The notes beneath the pieces were generated by a model. It saw only the letters and a list, made by a program, of their open reading frames with translations. It was not told where the DNA came from and did no database searches. The position numbers and the translations under genes are program-made. Shown here piece by piece: positions 50,993 to 60,881 of a DNA stretch of 64,000 nt; within the stretch, counting starts at the first letter, position 1, and each line of letters begins with the position of its first letter. The stretch covers positions 448,001 through 512,000 of the forward strand of contig CAWHBU010000003.1 in the NCBI GenBank assembly GCA_963827685.1, read 5' to 3'. This stretch comes from an uncultured delta proteobacterium. GTDB taxonomy: Bacteria > Desulfobacterota > BSN033 > UBA1163.

Positions 50993-52147
50993 ATGACGGA
51001 GTTTGGAAATATGCCGTATAGACGATATGATTTGGACTGGTTGAAAGTTGGGGCGGTCTTGCTTCTGGTTCCCTACCATACTGCTATGATTTTTGTTTTA
51101 TGGCCATTCCACATCAAGAATCCAACCTTAAGCCCGGGGCTGACCGTTTTCAACGCATTTCTGCAGGCCTGGCATATGCCGCTGTTCTTTCTCCTTGCCG
51201 GGGCAGCTACCTGGTATGCTCTTGGCTACCGGAGCAGACGCACATACATCAGGGAAAGGCTTTTTCGGCTGGGGATCCCCCCTGGCTTTTGGGATACTGG
51301 CAATTATTCCGCCTCAAGTCTATGTGGAACGACTGTATCAACACCGCTTCAGCGGAACATATTTTCAATTCTACCCCAGCATTTTTACAACGGGCACTTA
51401 CCCGCATGGCAATTTAAGCTGGCATCATCTCTGGTTCATAGCATACCTTATCGTATTTTCCCTGCTGGCTCTTCCCCTTTTTCTGCGCCTGAAGGAGGGG
51501 ACCGGACAAGGAATAATGGTGCGCTGGACCTCTTACCTTGCGCAGGGGCGCCGCATATTTTTGCTCGCGCTCCCCCCCTAATGTTAATCCAAGCACTCTT
51601 AAGGATTCACTGGCCCCAGGGCAAAATGAACCTGACTAACGACTGGGCCAATTTTTTCTTTTATCTAACCTTGTTTGTCTATGGCTTCGTGCTCTGCTCC
51701 AATGATCGCCTCCGGGAGGCGGTTGTTCGTAACCGGTATATAGCACTTCCATTTGGTGTTATATGCTTTTTCTTTTTCCTGGCAACAAAGGACATCACCG
51801 GCAGTGAACCATGGTTGCGCTATAATGCCCGTGATATGGCGATTGTGGCTTTGCATGGTTTTAATACCTGGTGCTGGCTTCTCGTTATAATCGGATTGGG
51901 GATATCTTACCTTAATTTTACGAATAGGTTGCTGGCGTATTCCAACGAAGCCGCTTATCCTTTCTACGTACTGCATCAAACCATAATTTTAGTTCTGGGA
52001 TTCTATGTGGTGAACTTAGACTGGAGTATCTCCGCCAAATTCACCTTCATCATTGCGCTTTCTTTTTTGCTGACACTGCTTATCTATGAATCACTGGTGC
52101 GTAGAATCAAGCTGTTACGGTTTCTGCTCGGCATGAAGGCACGGTAA
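50993..52147 (+). CDS. Acyltransferase-3 (OpgC/MdoC-like) membrane protein with two compensating frameshifts
   Basis: RRYDLDWL, MPLFF, ER..RLGIP. The HHLWF segment is in the 51195 frame between C-runs at ~51277 and ~51572. YPFYVLHQ follows. Confidence 0.85.
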   Translation: MTEFGNMPYRRYDLDWLKVGAVLLLVPYHTAMIFVLWPFHIKNPTLSPGLTVFNAFLQAWHMPLFFLLAGAATWYALGYRSRRTYIRERLFRLGIPPGFWDTGNYSASSLCGTTVSTPLQRNIFSILPQHFYNGHLPAWQFKLASSLVHSIPYRIFPAGSSPFSAPEGGDRTRNNGALDLLPCAGAPHIFARAPPLMLIQALLRIHWPQGKMNLTNDWANFFFYLTLFVYGFVLCSNDRLREAVVRNRYIALPFGVICFFFFLATKDITGSEPWLRYNARDMAIVALHGFNTWCWLLVIIGLGISYLNFTNRLLAYSNEAAYPFYVLHQTIILVLGFYVVNLDWSISAKFTFIIALSFLLTLLIYESLVRRIKLLRFLLGMKAR

Positions 52148-52339
52148 ATAACCTTTAAGAGATTTCGGCTAATTCTTATTTCCAATTTTTTAAGAGAATG
52201 AAGATTATCTGGAGTAGAATTCCTGGAAGCGGTGACGGAAAGAGTTGAGGGGCTTTACGCGAAAAAGAGTTGGGATCTGATCTCAATTTTTAAAAGTACT
52301 TGTTGATTGTCGAGAGCCTGTTGGAAAACTCATTTTTTT

Positions 52340-52464
52340 CAGGCTGATCAAAAATGCCCAGATACAAGGCACCCGAAATCCTGAGGAATGAGGCGTACTT
52401 GAATGTACGCTGCAATGACGAAGGATGAGGGGAACGCGGCAGATGGGCGTTTTTCAACAGCCTG
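52340..52464. mobile_element. MITE-like element
   Basis: TIRs CAGGCTGATCAAAAATGCCCA / TGGGCGTTTTTCAACAGCCTG. Confidence 0.7.
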
Positions 52465-52545
52465 TTGAGAGCTGACCCTCAGTTCTCATTGCTAATTTTA
52501 GGTTTGACCTCGACCTTTCCAGAAGTTAAATCAGCAAGGGAACCG

Positions 52546-53268
52546 TCATGATAGCTGAATTTGGAAACTTTTCTCAAAGTCATCAAAGGATTTCGTAAGA
52601 ATCTCCTCCATATTGACGAGGAATTGTGTTACCAGCTGGGTGTTGACGAACGCATTCACGAAGGCATCGTTCTTACAAACCAAATTCAGCCGTTTTACTT
52701 GATTCGTGCTTGAGACTCTCAATTCTTCTCCAAATCTCTTAATCATCCCTTTAATCTCTTCGAGGTTCCCATTATGAAGCCAGTACATATTCAGGTAGAC
52801 TCTGGTGGCTACCTCTCTTCCGCCCATAATCGGGATAATACCATAATAATACTTCCAGTATTTTTGCAACACCAGGTTATACCGCAATAAACTTAGGATA
52901 GAAACGTATTTGAGGGCATCCTGCATCGTTGTTGCCCTGACATGCACCAATTTGTCTTCATTCCCTTTGTACACGGCTATGATCTTGTCATAAGAGACGT
53001 ACTGATCGACAATATCCAAGAATGGAAGCATGGGTCTTATCGAATCGCAAATGTCTTCTTCATTTTTGTGCGGGCAAAAGTAGCATTTTTGGAAATCAAT
53101 GGCTTTTCTCTTATCCTCGGGTATTTTTGTAAGGTCCTGCCAATAACTATCCGTGACCTTTTCGATATTCTCTTTCGTAAGTTCTAACCTTGTTGAATCC
53201 GGGAAAAGGAGATAAAGCCCTTCCTTTTCAAAATCGCTCAGCCTCAAATCTAATATTCTATCTTCCAT
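52546..53268 (-). CDS. Hypothetical protein with Cys cluster (C..CPH.....C)
   Basis: AGGAGG RBS before ATG 53268. Confidence 0.7.
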   Translation of the reverse strand: MEDRILDLRLSDFEKEGLYLLFPDSTRLELTKENIEKVTDSYWQDLTKIPEDKRKAIDFQKCYFCPHKNEEDICDSIRPMLPFLDIVDQYVSYDKIIAVYKGNEDKLVHVRATTMQDALKYVSILSLLRYNLVLQKYWKYYYGIIPIMGGREVATRVYLNMYWLHNGNLEEIKGMIKRFGEELRVSSTNQVKRLNLVCKNDAFVNAFVNTQLVTQFLVNMEEILTKSFDDFEKSFQIQLS

Positions 53269-53395
53269 GATTCCTCCTTGTCTCTTACCGGAAATAGGGG
53301 AACGCAGGTCCTGAAACATTTCCCCCCAACAAGGCTAATTTCGCAGCGTTCACCTTTTCCACCAAATTCCGCTAACATTGAAGACCTGATCCTGA

Positions 53396-53830
53396 TCAGA
53401 AATCATTATACATTTTTAGAAAATCGGATGCCTTGATGATTTTTGTAGATTTATATTGTTTCAAATCGAACAAATCCTTATCACCACTCACAATATAGTC
53501 TGCAGATCCTGAAATGGCACACGAAATGAACTTGTCATCTTCAGGATCTCTGCATATTCCCTTAACATCTTTAACCACCTCCACAATCTCGAAATATGGG
53601 AGAATCTCATATTTGATAATGGAGTCTGTCTCTTCTTGAGTGAGAGAGAACTTAGGGTATTCGAGAACGGTTACTAACTCACTAAATGTTTCTTTTGAAA
53701 TGACAGGGATAATCTTTCCCTTCTGCCACAGCCCGACGATCTTTGACAGTCCCCCTCTGAAGAGCAAAGCGGATACCAAGACATTCGTATCCAGCACAAC
53801 CCTTTTTACCTGTTTTTCCTTCTTGCCCAC
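53396..53830 (-). CDS. PIN-domain toxin
   Basis: VVLDTNVLVSA, CRDPEDDKF, IVSGDKDL. Confidence 0.92.
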   Translation of the reverse strand: MGKKEKQVKRVVLDTNVLVSALLFRGGLSKIVGLWQKGKIIPVISKETFSELVTVLEYPKFSLTQEETDSIIKYEILPYFEIVEVVKDVKGICRDPEDDKFISCAISGSADYIVSGDKDLFDLKQYKSTKIIKASDFLKMYNDF

Positions 53831-54045
53831 CGAATGGCCTCACCGACGTCTTTTTCATTAATCCCCAGCCTTCTCATTTTCTCTCTCACACTTTCAATAC
53901 CCGATCCCATAGGCGATATCTTGACCGGCATCAAAAGGATTTTGTCATCCTGGATGCGGACATCAAAATATTGAGCATCAGGAAAGGCGTTGACGACCGC
54001 CTTGGGTAACGTAATTTGATTCTTGGATGTTTTTTTGGCAAGCAT
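53806..54045 (-). CDS. AbrB/MazE-like antitoxin
   Basis: MLAKKTSKNQITLPK; overlaps the PIN gene. Confidence 0.88.
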   Translation of the reverse strand: MLAKKTSKNQITLPKAVVNAFPDAQYFDVRIQDDKILLMPVKISPMGSGIESVREKMRRLGINEKDVGEAIRWARRKNR

Positions 54046-54259
54046 ACTTCCTTACCTCCTTACAATAAGGATACCTTACTTATCTGAAATTTTCAACAAC
54101 TATTTTTCAGGCTCACCAAAGCCTAAAGAGAGGATAAACACCGGCCCGGCAGGCCACCTCCACCCTGTTCGGAAGAATCAGAGGCACTAACTCAAAAAAT
54201 GCGATGTCTCCCTGCTTTTAGAAACGAATAAAGAAGGTGAAATACGACTCCGTCCCCAA

Positions 54260-54655
54260 CTACTGAGATTTAACAATTATTTGGTCGGGGCCACGGACAA
54301 TAATTTCAGGCTTCCCACGGTAGCTTTCTATGACACCGGTGACGCAAATCCTTTTCGCCTTAAAAAATGTCTCTGGAGGATTCTTAAACTTATTCCTGTC
54401 AGATCCCCAAATGAGAACCGTAAAAATTTGGTTTGGGTATGGTTGATCAAGATTTAGAAAAGTAGGTCGTCCTTTGCTTCGAACTGCATAGGTGGTACTC
54501 GCTACCGTCCCACAAACTGTTTTCTCCATCCCAATATATTTGTGGGCATCTATTGGATTGACGTACTCTTGTTGAGCAATAGAGGTAGATGCACAAACTA
54601 AAAACGCAAGAATTAGGAGTATAAAATAGGCGAGGGATTTGATAGACTTCCTCAT
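54260..54655 (-). CDS. Exported OB-fold protein
   Basis: Signal peptide; TVCG.V, TFLNL..PYPNQ.F...IW, Y.GKPEI. Confidence 0.8.
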   Translation of the reverse strand: MRKSIKSLAYFILLILAFLVCASTSIAQQEYVNPIDAHKYIGMEKTVCGTVASTTYAVRSKGRPTFLNLDQPYPNQIFTVLIWGSDRNKFKNPPETFFKAKRICVTGVIESYRGKPEIIVRGPDQIIVKSQ

Positions 54656-54988
54656 CGGTATATCTCCAAATTCATAGCTCTCCGTGTAGGCTCAATGTGG
54701 GTCTCTCACCCCATCTCGCAAGATCCGCCGTAGTCCTTTAGCGGTCACCTTTTCCACCAAATTCCGCCAAGGATTTAATTACCGTGGGGCTTCACCCTTT
54801 GACAAGTAGTTGTTGATTGTTGGGGGACCTGACCCTTTCCCCTATTCGATGATTTCCTTTTTTCCATTGCTCCCTCCTTTCGGCCATTAACGTGCCCTAA
54901 GTAACGTCTGCTAATCCATTTACTCTGACCAGCCCTGTGTTAAGGGCTGACCCCAAGTCTTCCGGAAGGTCGCCTTCTTGATGAATGG

Positions 54989-56305
54989 CTACATTTCCGT
55001 AATCCACTTCTTTCCCTGTTTTTGAACTCCTCCTGCCATCGCTTTGAGAAATGAGGATCGGAGTATGTCACTCATAAGAATCGCCTTCACCGGTGGAAGT
55101 CTCAAGAATCCCCCTACAAAGCCTCGCATGAATTTCTGGGTGATACTTTGAGGATTATCGAATATCTGGTTCTGAAGTGTTCCCCTCTCCAGGCTTTGTA
55201 GAATGACCCGTTCAAACGTGGTTTCCGGATGGAGAACCCGTTTTTCCCGTTTTACCAGAGTGACCGCACCGGTACTGCAGCTTAAGGCACATACGCCGCA
55301 TCCGAGGCAAATAGAGGTATCGATAATAGCATCTTTTTTCTTCTTGGTTTGTGGGTGATCTATCGGAATCATCTGAATCGCATCGATCGGACAGGCCTTC
55401 GCACACTTTCCACAGCCGAGACAGGCGTCAGGATTGTTCTTGGCGAGAAAGTTGGAAGTGACCACCGTATTCGGGTAACCGAATTTGCTGATCCCCGCGA
55501 GAGCATTGCAGCAGTCCTTACAGCAGTGACAGATAAAGGTTACATTTCTTTTTATATTGTCTGCACAGAGCACGAGCTTCATCTCTACGGACTGTGCCAG
55601 GTTTTCCAGCATCTCGGATTTGGAAACCTCTTTTGCCAGTTTGTTCCTGATCAGGTAGTCTGCAGCGAAATTAAAAGAAGAACACTTTTCCAGAGGAATA
55701 TCACACTCCTTTTCACCTATGTGTAATTTTTCATGGCGGCATGAACATATCCCAATTGAAAACTTCTCAGAGGATTCAACAATGCCGGCAGCCTTTTCGT
55801 AATCCAGAACCTCTATATACTCCGACGCGTCAATAGCCTCCCAGTGAGGCAGCGCACGGATAACGGAGACCTTATCGCCTTTCTTCGCGTTCATTGCATA
55901 AAGTTCTCCATTGTTAGCGTTCAGATATTGGTGAAATAGATGCGCCAGTGCTTTGGAATCAACGCCCTCCCCTGTTCGCATCATACTAAACTCAAAAATA
56001 CCGATCATAATCGGCGAAGGCATGTAGTGATAGGCGTCATTGGCCCAAAAGTCGATCACGAGACCTTTTGAGCACAAACTCTCGAGGATCTTTTGAAGTT
56101 CTGAGCTTTCGTATTTTGTCACCTGCGCGATACGATTGAGGTCGGACATGCCGTACGGCATTTTCACAACCACATCCGCTTCCTTTTCGGAATAAAGACT
56201 TTTTAAGAGCTCGTAAAACGCCTCATTCCAGGGAGCCCTGAGAGGTAGATTATCGATCTTCGTTCCCAACCTTCGAAAAATCTCTTTACCGTCTGCATGT
56301 CCCAT
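54989..56305 (-). CDS. 4Fe-4S dicluster domain protein
   Basis: C.CRH, ICHCC.DCC, CLGCGKCAKACP, CLGCGVCALSC. Confidence 0.88.
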   Translation of the reverse strand: MGHADGKEIFRRLGTKIDNLPLRAPWNEAFYELLKSLYSEKEADVVVKMPYGMSDLNRIAQVTKYESSELQKILESLCSKGLVIDFWANDAYHYMPSPIMIGIFEFSMMRTGEGVDSKALAHLFHQYLNANNGELYAMNAKKGDKVSVIRALPHWEAIDASEYIEVLDYEKAAGIVESSEKFSIGICSCRHEKLHIGEKECDIPLEKCSSFNFAADYLIRNKLAKEVSKSEMLENLAQSVEMKLVLCADNIKRNVTFICHCCKDCCNALAGISKFGYPNTVVTSNFLAKNNPDACLGCGKCAKACPIDAIQMIPIDHPQTKKKKDAIIDTSICLGCGVCALSCSTGAVTLVKREKRVLHPETTFERVILQSLERGTLQNQIFDNPQSITQKFMRGFVGGFLRLPPVKAILMSDILRSSFLKAMAGGVQKQGKKWITEM

Positions 56306-56487
56306 ATCCAAGCTCCTTTCTCGCCGAGGTTCCTCTCATAATGCGGGCCAACTCTATTTTCTTAGCGTTCACCTTTTCCAGCAAATTCTGCTGACATTTA
56401 AGATCTGAGCCTGTGTTTTGGCACTTTAGATTTCAAAAAGTTATTTCAGGTTTCGAGGCCTAAGACTTTAACCCTTTTTCGAAAAAA

Positions 56488-57264
56488 TCAAACGGGGCTT
56501 TTCCATCTTTCGTAATTCCAATCAGACTTCATTTCATCTTGGTGGGACTTACAATACTCAATACCGGCATCGGTAAGAAAAATCTGCCCATTTTCAAGAT
56601 TAATATCTACCAACCCATGAAGCATCGCCAGTTTTGCACCTGAAGCATAGATTGGATAGTTAGGATTGAGAGATCCTACTGCAAAAGTCCATATTCTAGG
56701 GTAATATTGTTGCTGATGATTCCAAAGAGTTGATAAGACCTTTAATGCATCCTGTGTGATCTCCAGTTCCTTTTTGTTTTCTGGTTCCTTTTCCTCCATC
56801 GCCGTTATGATACCTTCCTCCCTCATGAAATCCTCTGTATTCACCTTTATTTTCTGCATGCGGGGAATCCCCAGATGCGTTTCAACTACCCTTTTCTCTT
56901 TATCAATGATTGGTTCCGGTTTTTGACCCACTCCCCAGAATACAAGATTTGTCTGTTGAGTAACTTGGTTCTTAATACTGATTGAAAGCATATCAGACCT
57001 CAAATTGATTATCTGCTCTTTCATTTCCGATTTGAGAGAATCGACTTCCTTTTTCAGTTTGATACCAAAAATGTCAATCTCCTGAAAGAGTGGCAGAAGA
57101 AGCAAACAAATCCAGATTACAAAGATAAAAACATCCACTGAAGTAGTTGATCCCAGTTTAAAAGCAGGGAAACCGAAAATTGCATAGATTAAACCAAGCG
57201 TAACTAATATTCCCCACCAAATATTTTTGAATTTAATATTTTTAAACTTATCCGATAATTTCAT
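56488..57264 (-). CDS. Hypothetical 2-TM protein; start codon separated from its RBS by IS630
   Basis: True start is probably MKLSDKF at 57264; the longer ORF extends into IS630. Confidence 0.7.
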   Translation of the reverse strand: MKLSDKFKNIKFKNIWWGILVTLGLIYAIFGFPAFKLGSTTSVDVFIFVIWICLLLLPLFQEIDIFGIKLKKEVDSLKSEMKEQIINLRSDMLSISIKNQVTQQTNLVFWGVGQKPEPIIDKEKRVVETHLGIPRMQKIKVNTEDFMREEGIITAMEEKEPENKKELEITQDALKVLSTLWNHQQQYYPRIWTFAVGSLNPNYPIYASGAKLAMLHGLVDINLENGQIFLTDAGIEYCKSHQDEMKSDWNYERWKSPV

Positions 57265-57269
57265 ATCTA

Positions 57270-58374
57270 ATACAAACGCATTAAGTAATGTTACATAGCC
57301 TACGAATCTTTTGACAAGACCATGAGCGAGTTGTTTTACAAACGACAGACCAAAGATTATCAAGGTTTTCAAACCAACGGTTGGTGGTGGATTCATAGCG
57401 AACACTGCGCCAAATCCGTTCTTGCACGTTTAATCCCGGTTGATACGGGGGTAAATATTCGATATGGAGCCTCGGATGTTTTTTAAGAAATTGTTCGATG
57501 GGATCGCCTCTGTGCCAGCGGGCCCTGTCGACATAAAGCCAAATGGTATATTCTTTAAACCTTCCATAGAGGTGGCGCAAAAGTTTGAGAAACCCTTCTC
57601 TATCCCCCCGTTTTGTCTGAATCATGCCATAGCGTCCAAGCAAAGGATTGACCCACCCAGAGATATTCAAACGGATACGATGCTGGCTGGTCGTGGGAAT
57701 CTTAAGACGCTTTCCTTTTTTCGCCCAGCCCCGGCTAAGCCTGGGGTGCATCGTAAAGCCTGTCTCATCCTGGAATACAATTGTCTCTTTTGGCCCCAGG
57801 GACTCAAGTTTTTTTTAAAGCCCGCTGGAACTTTCGGGCTTCTTGGCTTTGTGCTTGAAGATAAGAATAACTCGCTCTCTTTAACCGATAACCCAAATGA
57901 TGCATCCAGCGTTGGGCTTGCCGCACCTTCAGGTTTATCCCGAAAGACCGTTTCAGATGAATCGCAACCGTTGGCCCATCCCATTGAGTCCGGTTTAAAC
58001 CAAATTCCCGCGGAGACTTCTCTAAGTGTCCCTCCAGCACCCTTTGAATCTTTGTCTCTAACCGTGGAGGCCTTCCCGATCTTGGCTTGGATTTTAAGAA
58101 CTCTAAGCCGTCTTTGTTCACCCCGTGAATCCATCGGCTTAAACTCATCCGGGTCAACCCTAACACCTCGGTTATCCATCCCGGACGTTGCCCTTCAAGC
58201 ACCAGGAGTAAGGCGGCTATCTTTATGCCTATCCAAGCCCCTGATATTTGTTCGGCTAATGCTAATAAACGCTCTTTATTGGCCTCTTTATGCTCTAAGA
58301 TTAATGTGGGATTTTTCATGCCCACATATTAACATAAATAAACTGTTATGTCACTTTATTTAGGACGTTTGTAT
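57270..58374 (-). mobile_element. IS630-family insertion sequence
   Basis: TIRs ATACAAACG.../...CGTTTGTAT with TA flanks; HTH ORF and DDE ORF. Confidence 0.9.
57281..58325 (-). CDS. IS630 transposase, two ORFs joined by a -1 frameshift at TTAAAAAAAAC (~57808-57818)
   Basis: ORF1 has RSGRPP and a winged HTH; ORF2 has VDRARWH and LPPYQPGLNVQERIW. Confidence 0.88.
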
Positions 58375-58605
58375 TAATATCCTCTTAGATTAGAATAAGT
58401 ATACAAAAACACGGCGTCACGCCTTGAAATGTGAATTAATTTAATTCACAAGTCTCAAAATGACCTAATAGAGGTCAACTCCATTTTCTTGCCGTTCACC
58501 TTTCCCACCAAATTCTACTAACATTGAAGACCTGATCCTGCATTCGCTCCACAGTCCAATAAAAACTTCTGTCAAATTTCAAGACCAGGCACCAGTTACT
58601 TCCAG

Positions 58606-58665
58606 TTACTTTGAATGGCTATTTGTTTCAATGTCAATGGCGACAAACTCATTTGATTTTGTCAT
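58606..58665 (-). pseudogene. N-terminal stub of a DEDD 3'-5' exonuclease
   Basis: MTKSNEFVAIDIET (ExoI motif), ending next to the repeat at 58594. Confidence 0.55.
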
Positions 58666-58677
58666 ACTTTATGCGTT

Positions 58678-60102
58678 CTAGCTTCGCAAAATTTCTTTTA
58701 ACCCAGTCATTATCACATGCATCGCCATGACGTCATCTTCATTGTACTGGAGAATTTTAGTGAAAAGAGTTTTGTCCTTAGTTTTTAACCACTCGTCATA
58801 CCACGCTTCTGAATTAGAACCACTGGCATCCTCAGCCCGCCATTTAAACCCAAAGACGGGAGCTACTTCTTTTATGCTGAAGGTAGTGACAGGAAGGGCG
58901 AGGGCTTCTTTCACGACTTCTTTAAGATCGACAAATTGCTTCAACATGCGACTGATGGCCTTTTCATGTTTTGGATAACGCTCGGCCATGGAGCTTATCC
59001 AGCCGATTTCAAATGTGGTCCAGGTATAAATCACAGCATCAAGGTGATGGCTTAAAAAGGAAAGCAACTCGATCAGAACCTTTTCCTCATCCTCGATTGC
59101 TTGTGCTGCAAATTGCCTGACTTCGGTTTTTTTACCATTGTCTATGAAGAGACCGTGTAAATAAAGCGTTTGTCCATAGGTCTCGATGTCATAGTAAATG
59201 ATGGTCTGTCGTTCTGGGGGAAGCTTTACTTTAGCTTTCAGCAGTGGCTTATTAGTATGCCAGGCCCTGGCGTTGAGATGAATTTCATTGGCCAGATCTT
59301 GCTTAAGATCAAATTTGTTTGCTATCTGGTTTGGAGTGAGCTTAACCAAGCGATCATAAGTGGCAACACCGCCATCGATCAGCTTCCGCACGAGACGAGA
59401 GTTCATTCCAGACAAAACCGTTACCAACTTCTGGTCTTTGCGATCCGAGTCACAGTGGTCACTCCATGGGCAATTGCCACACTCAGAACAGCGTAGTGGC
59501 AGGGTTGAAACCTCCCTTTTTTCAACAGATAAAGCTTGTGCAAGTGCAGCTTTGATTTTGGTGATCTCAGAGTCAAGGTCAACACCAGCCCGGCTTTGAT
59601 CCTTTAAAATAATGGCCCCATCAAGAGGCATGAATCCTAACGCCTCTTGTAGCATGAAGGAATAAGCCGCAAGTTGAAGTTTGTCCTTAAACGTGACCTT
59701 TGCGTGTGATTTAATGTCAACGGGGCTATATGAAAATGACCCTAGCTTAGATTTCCTCTTTGTTTTCTCCAGTAAGTCTGGCAGACCGAATGTACGTCCG
59801 TTCTTCAGAACACCTTTATAAATTAGGGGCGCACACTTTCGCATGAGCTCCAGGGTAGGCTCGATGCCTTCCCACGGTTTGTCTTCGGGATACTCGGGTT
59901 GCACGACTTTGAGTTTTGCTATGACTTCGTCTTCGTGTACAATCCCCGCATCCATGCGAAGCTGTGCTCCGGCATCGGGCTCTGTTACTAAAGTGGCGTC
60001 GCCAAAACACTGCAAATGCCAAAAGTGAGCACAGGTATGAATGCGCGCGAGAGCGCTGGCACTAATAAGTGATTCACCTGGTTTTTTTACGGTTATTGAC
60101 AT
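58678..60102 (-). CDS. TM0106-family RecB-like nuclease with RNase H-like C-terminal domain
   Basis: G.PDLL, Y.PVDIK, QLAAY, C..CPW..HC, YYDIET, FVDL, SIK.VA...GF.WR, YNEDDV. Confidence 0.85.
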   Translation of the reverse strand: MSITVKKPGESLISASALARIHTCAHFWHLQCFGDATLVTEPDAGAQLRMDAGIVHEDEVIAKLKVVQPEYPEDKPWEGIEPTLELMRKCAPLIYKGVLKNGRTFGLPDLLEKTKRKSKLGSFSYSPVDIKSHAKVTFKDKLQLAAYSFMLQEALGFMPLDGAIILKDQSRAGVDLDSEITKIKAALAQALSVEKREVSTLPLRCSECGNCPWSDHCDSDRKDQKLVTVLSGMNSRLVRKLIDGGVATYDRLVKLTPNQIANKFDLKQDLANEIHLNARAWHTNKPLLKAKVKLPPERQTIIYYDIETYGQTLYLHGLFIDNGKKTEVRQFAAQAIEDEEKVLIELLSFLSHHLDAVIYTWTTFEIGWISSMAERYPKHEKAISRMLKQFVDLKEVVKEALALPVTTFSIKEVAPVFGFKWRAEDASGSNSEAWYDEWLKTKDKTLFTKILQYNEDDVMAMHVIMTGLKEILRS

Positions 60103-60376
60103 AACTTGCCCGTTTCGAATTTTACCTGAGCATATTCGAGCTGCATATACTCGGAGGATAGGTACCCATAACGGCATCTCAGGTCACTGATTTCAGGTTA
60201 AACAAGGGGGGCGGCCCTAATTACAAAGAGAGCCGCCTCCCTCAACCTTCATTGGGCGACATTCAAGTTTGCAATGTCGCCAGATGCATTTTCTTAGCGT
60301 TCAACTTCTCCATCAAATTCTGCTAGCATTGAAGACCTGCCCATAGATTCGCTCCACACTTCAATAAAATCTTCTG

Positions 60377-60589
60377 TCAATTTTCAAGGCCAGGCACCAT
60401 TTGGGATAGTACAATGCCTCTTGGAAAAAGCTTTTTTGCCAAATTGGTGACTTCATTTCCCTGGTCGAGGATGAACTTGGTTGCCTCATCCGCTTCTGGT
60501 ATTTCTCCCGGTTCGTTGAAAACAAACCATAACAATTTGGGGCACTGCAAACCATTCATATATTTGGATTTTGAGATTACTTTATGCAT
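60377..60589 (-). pseudogene. Truncated DUF2779-like nuclease N-terminus
   Basis: ISKSKYMNGLQCPKLLW...QGNEV..LA..LFP.G, then runs into the repeat, which supplies the stop. Confidence 0.7.
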
Positions 60590-60660
60590 TGTTTCACCCC
60601 TCGGTGAAAAGGTTCGATTCTTGATTGCCCCCAACGTTTTTGAAGCTTAAAGTTGTAAAT

Positions 60661-60876
60661 CTAACCAACTTTCTGATATGAAAAACCAACAGACTTGATG
60701 TTTTGATGAAAATAGGTCCCTTTGGATGATGCATTCATCAAACCATCATAGATGTCTTGAGAGACTCCAAAGTATTGGTAAATCCCGCCATGGTTGAACT
60801 CTATCTCCAATGTTAGACTTTCAGCATCATAACCAACAGAAGCCAAATTACTCGACTGGACTGGAATACGTTCCAT
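60661..60876 (-). CDS. KTSC domain protein
   Basis: V.SSNL.SVGYD....LEIEF..G.IYQY..V....Y..LM.A.SKG.YF. Confidence 0.92.
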   Translation of the reverse strand: MERIPVQSSNLASVGYDAESLTLEIEFNHGGIYQYFGVSQDIYDGLMNASSKGTYFHQNIKSVGFSYQKVG

Positions 60877-60881
60877 TTGCG

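Larger units (their letters stand above)
50397..60399. repeat. Seven dispersed co-oriented copies of a hairpin repeat: 50397-50448, 50631-50737, 53337-53393, 54738-54770, 56343-56413, 58471-58594, 60287-60399
   Basis: Core TTAGCGTTCACCTTTTCCACCAAATTCCGCTAACATTGAAGACCTGATCC. Confidence 0.9.

Noticed and set aside
57464-58363. 299-aa plus-strand ORF and 170-aa overlapping ORF
   Set aside because: Antisense or alternate-frame shadows of the IS630 transposase.
50397-60399. CRISPR array interpretation of the dispersed repeats
   Set aside because: Spacing is 0.2-2.7 kb and irregular, the copies are degenerate, and no cas genes are present.
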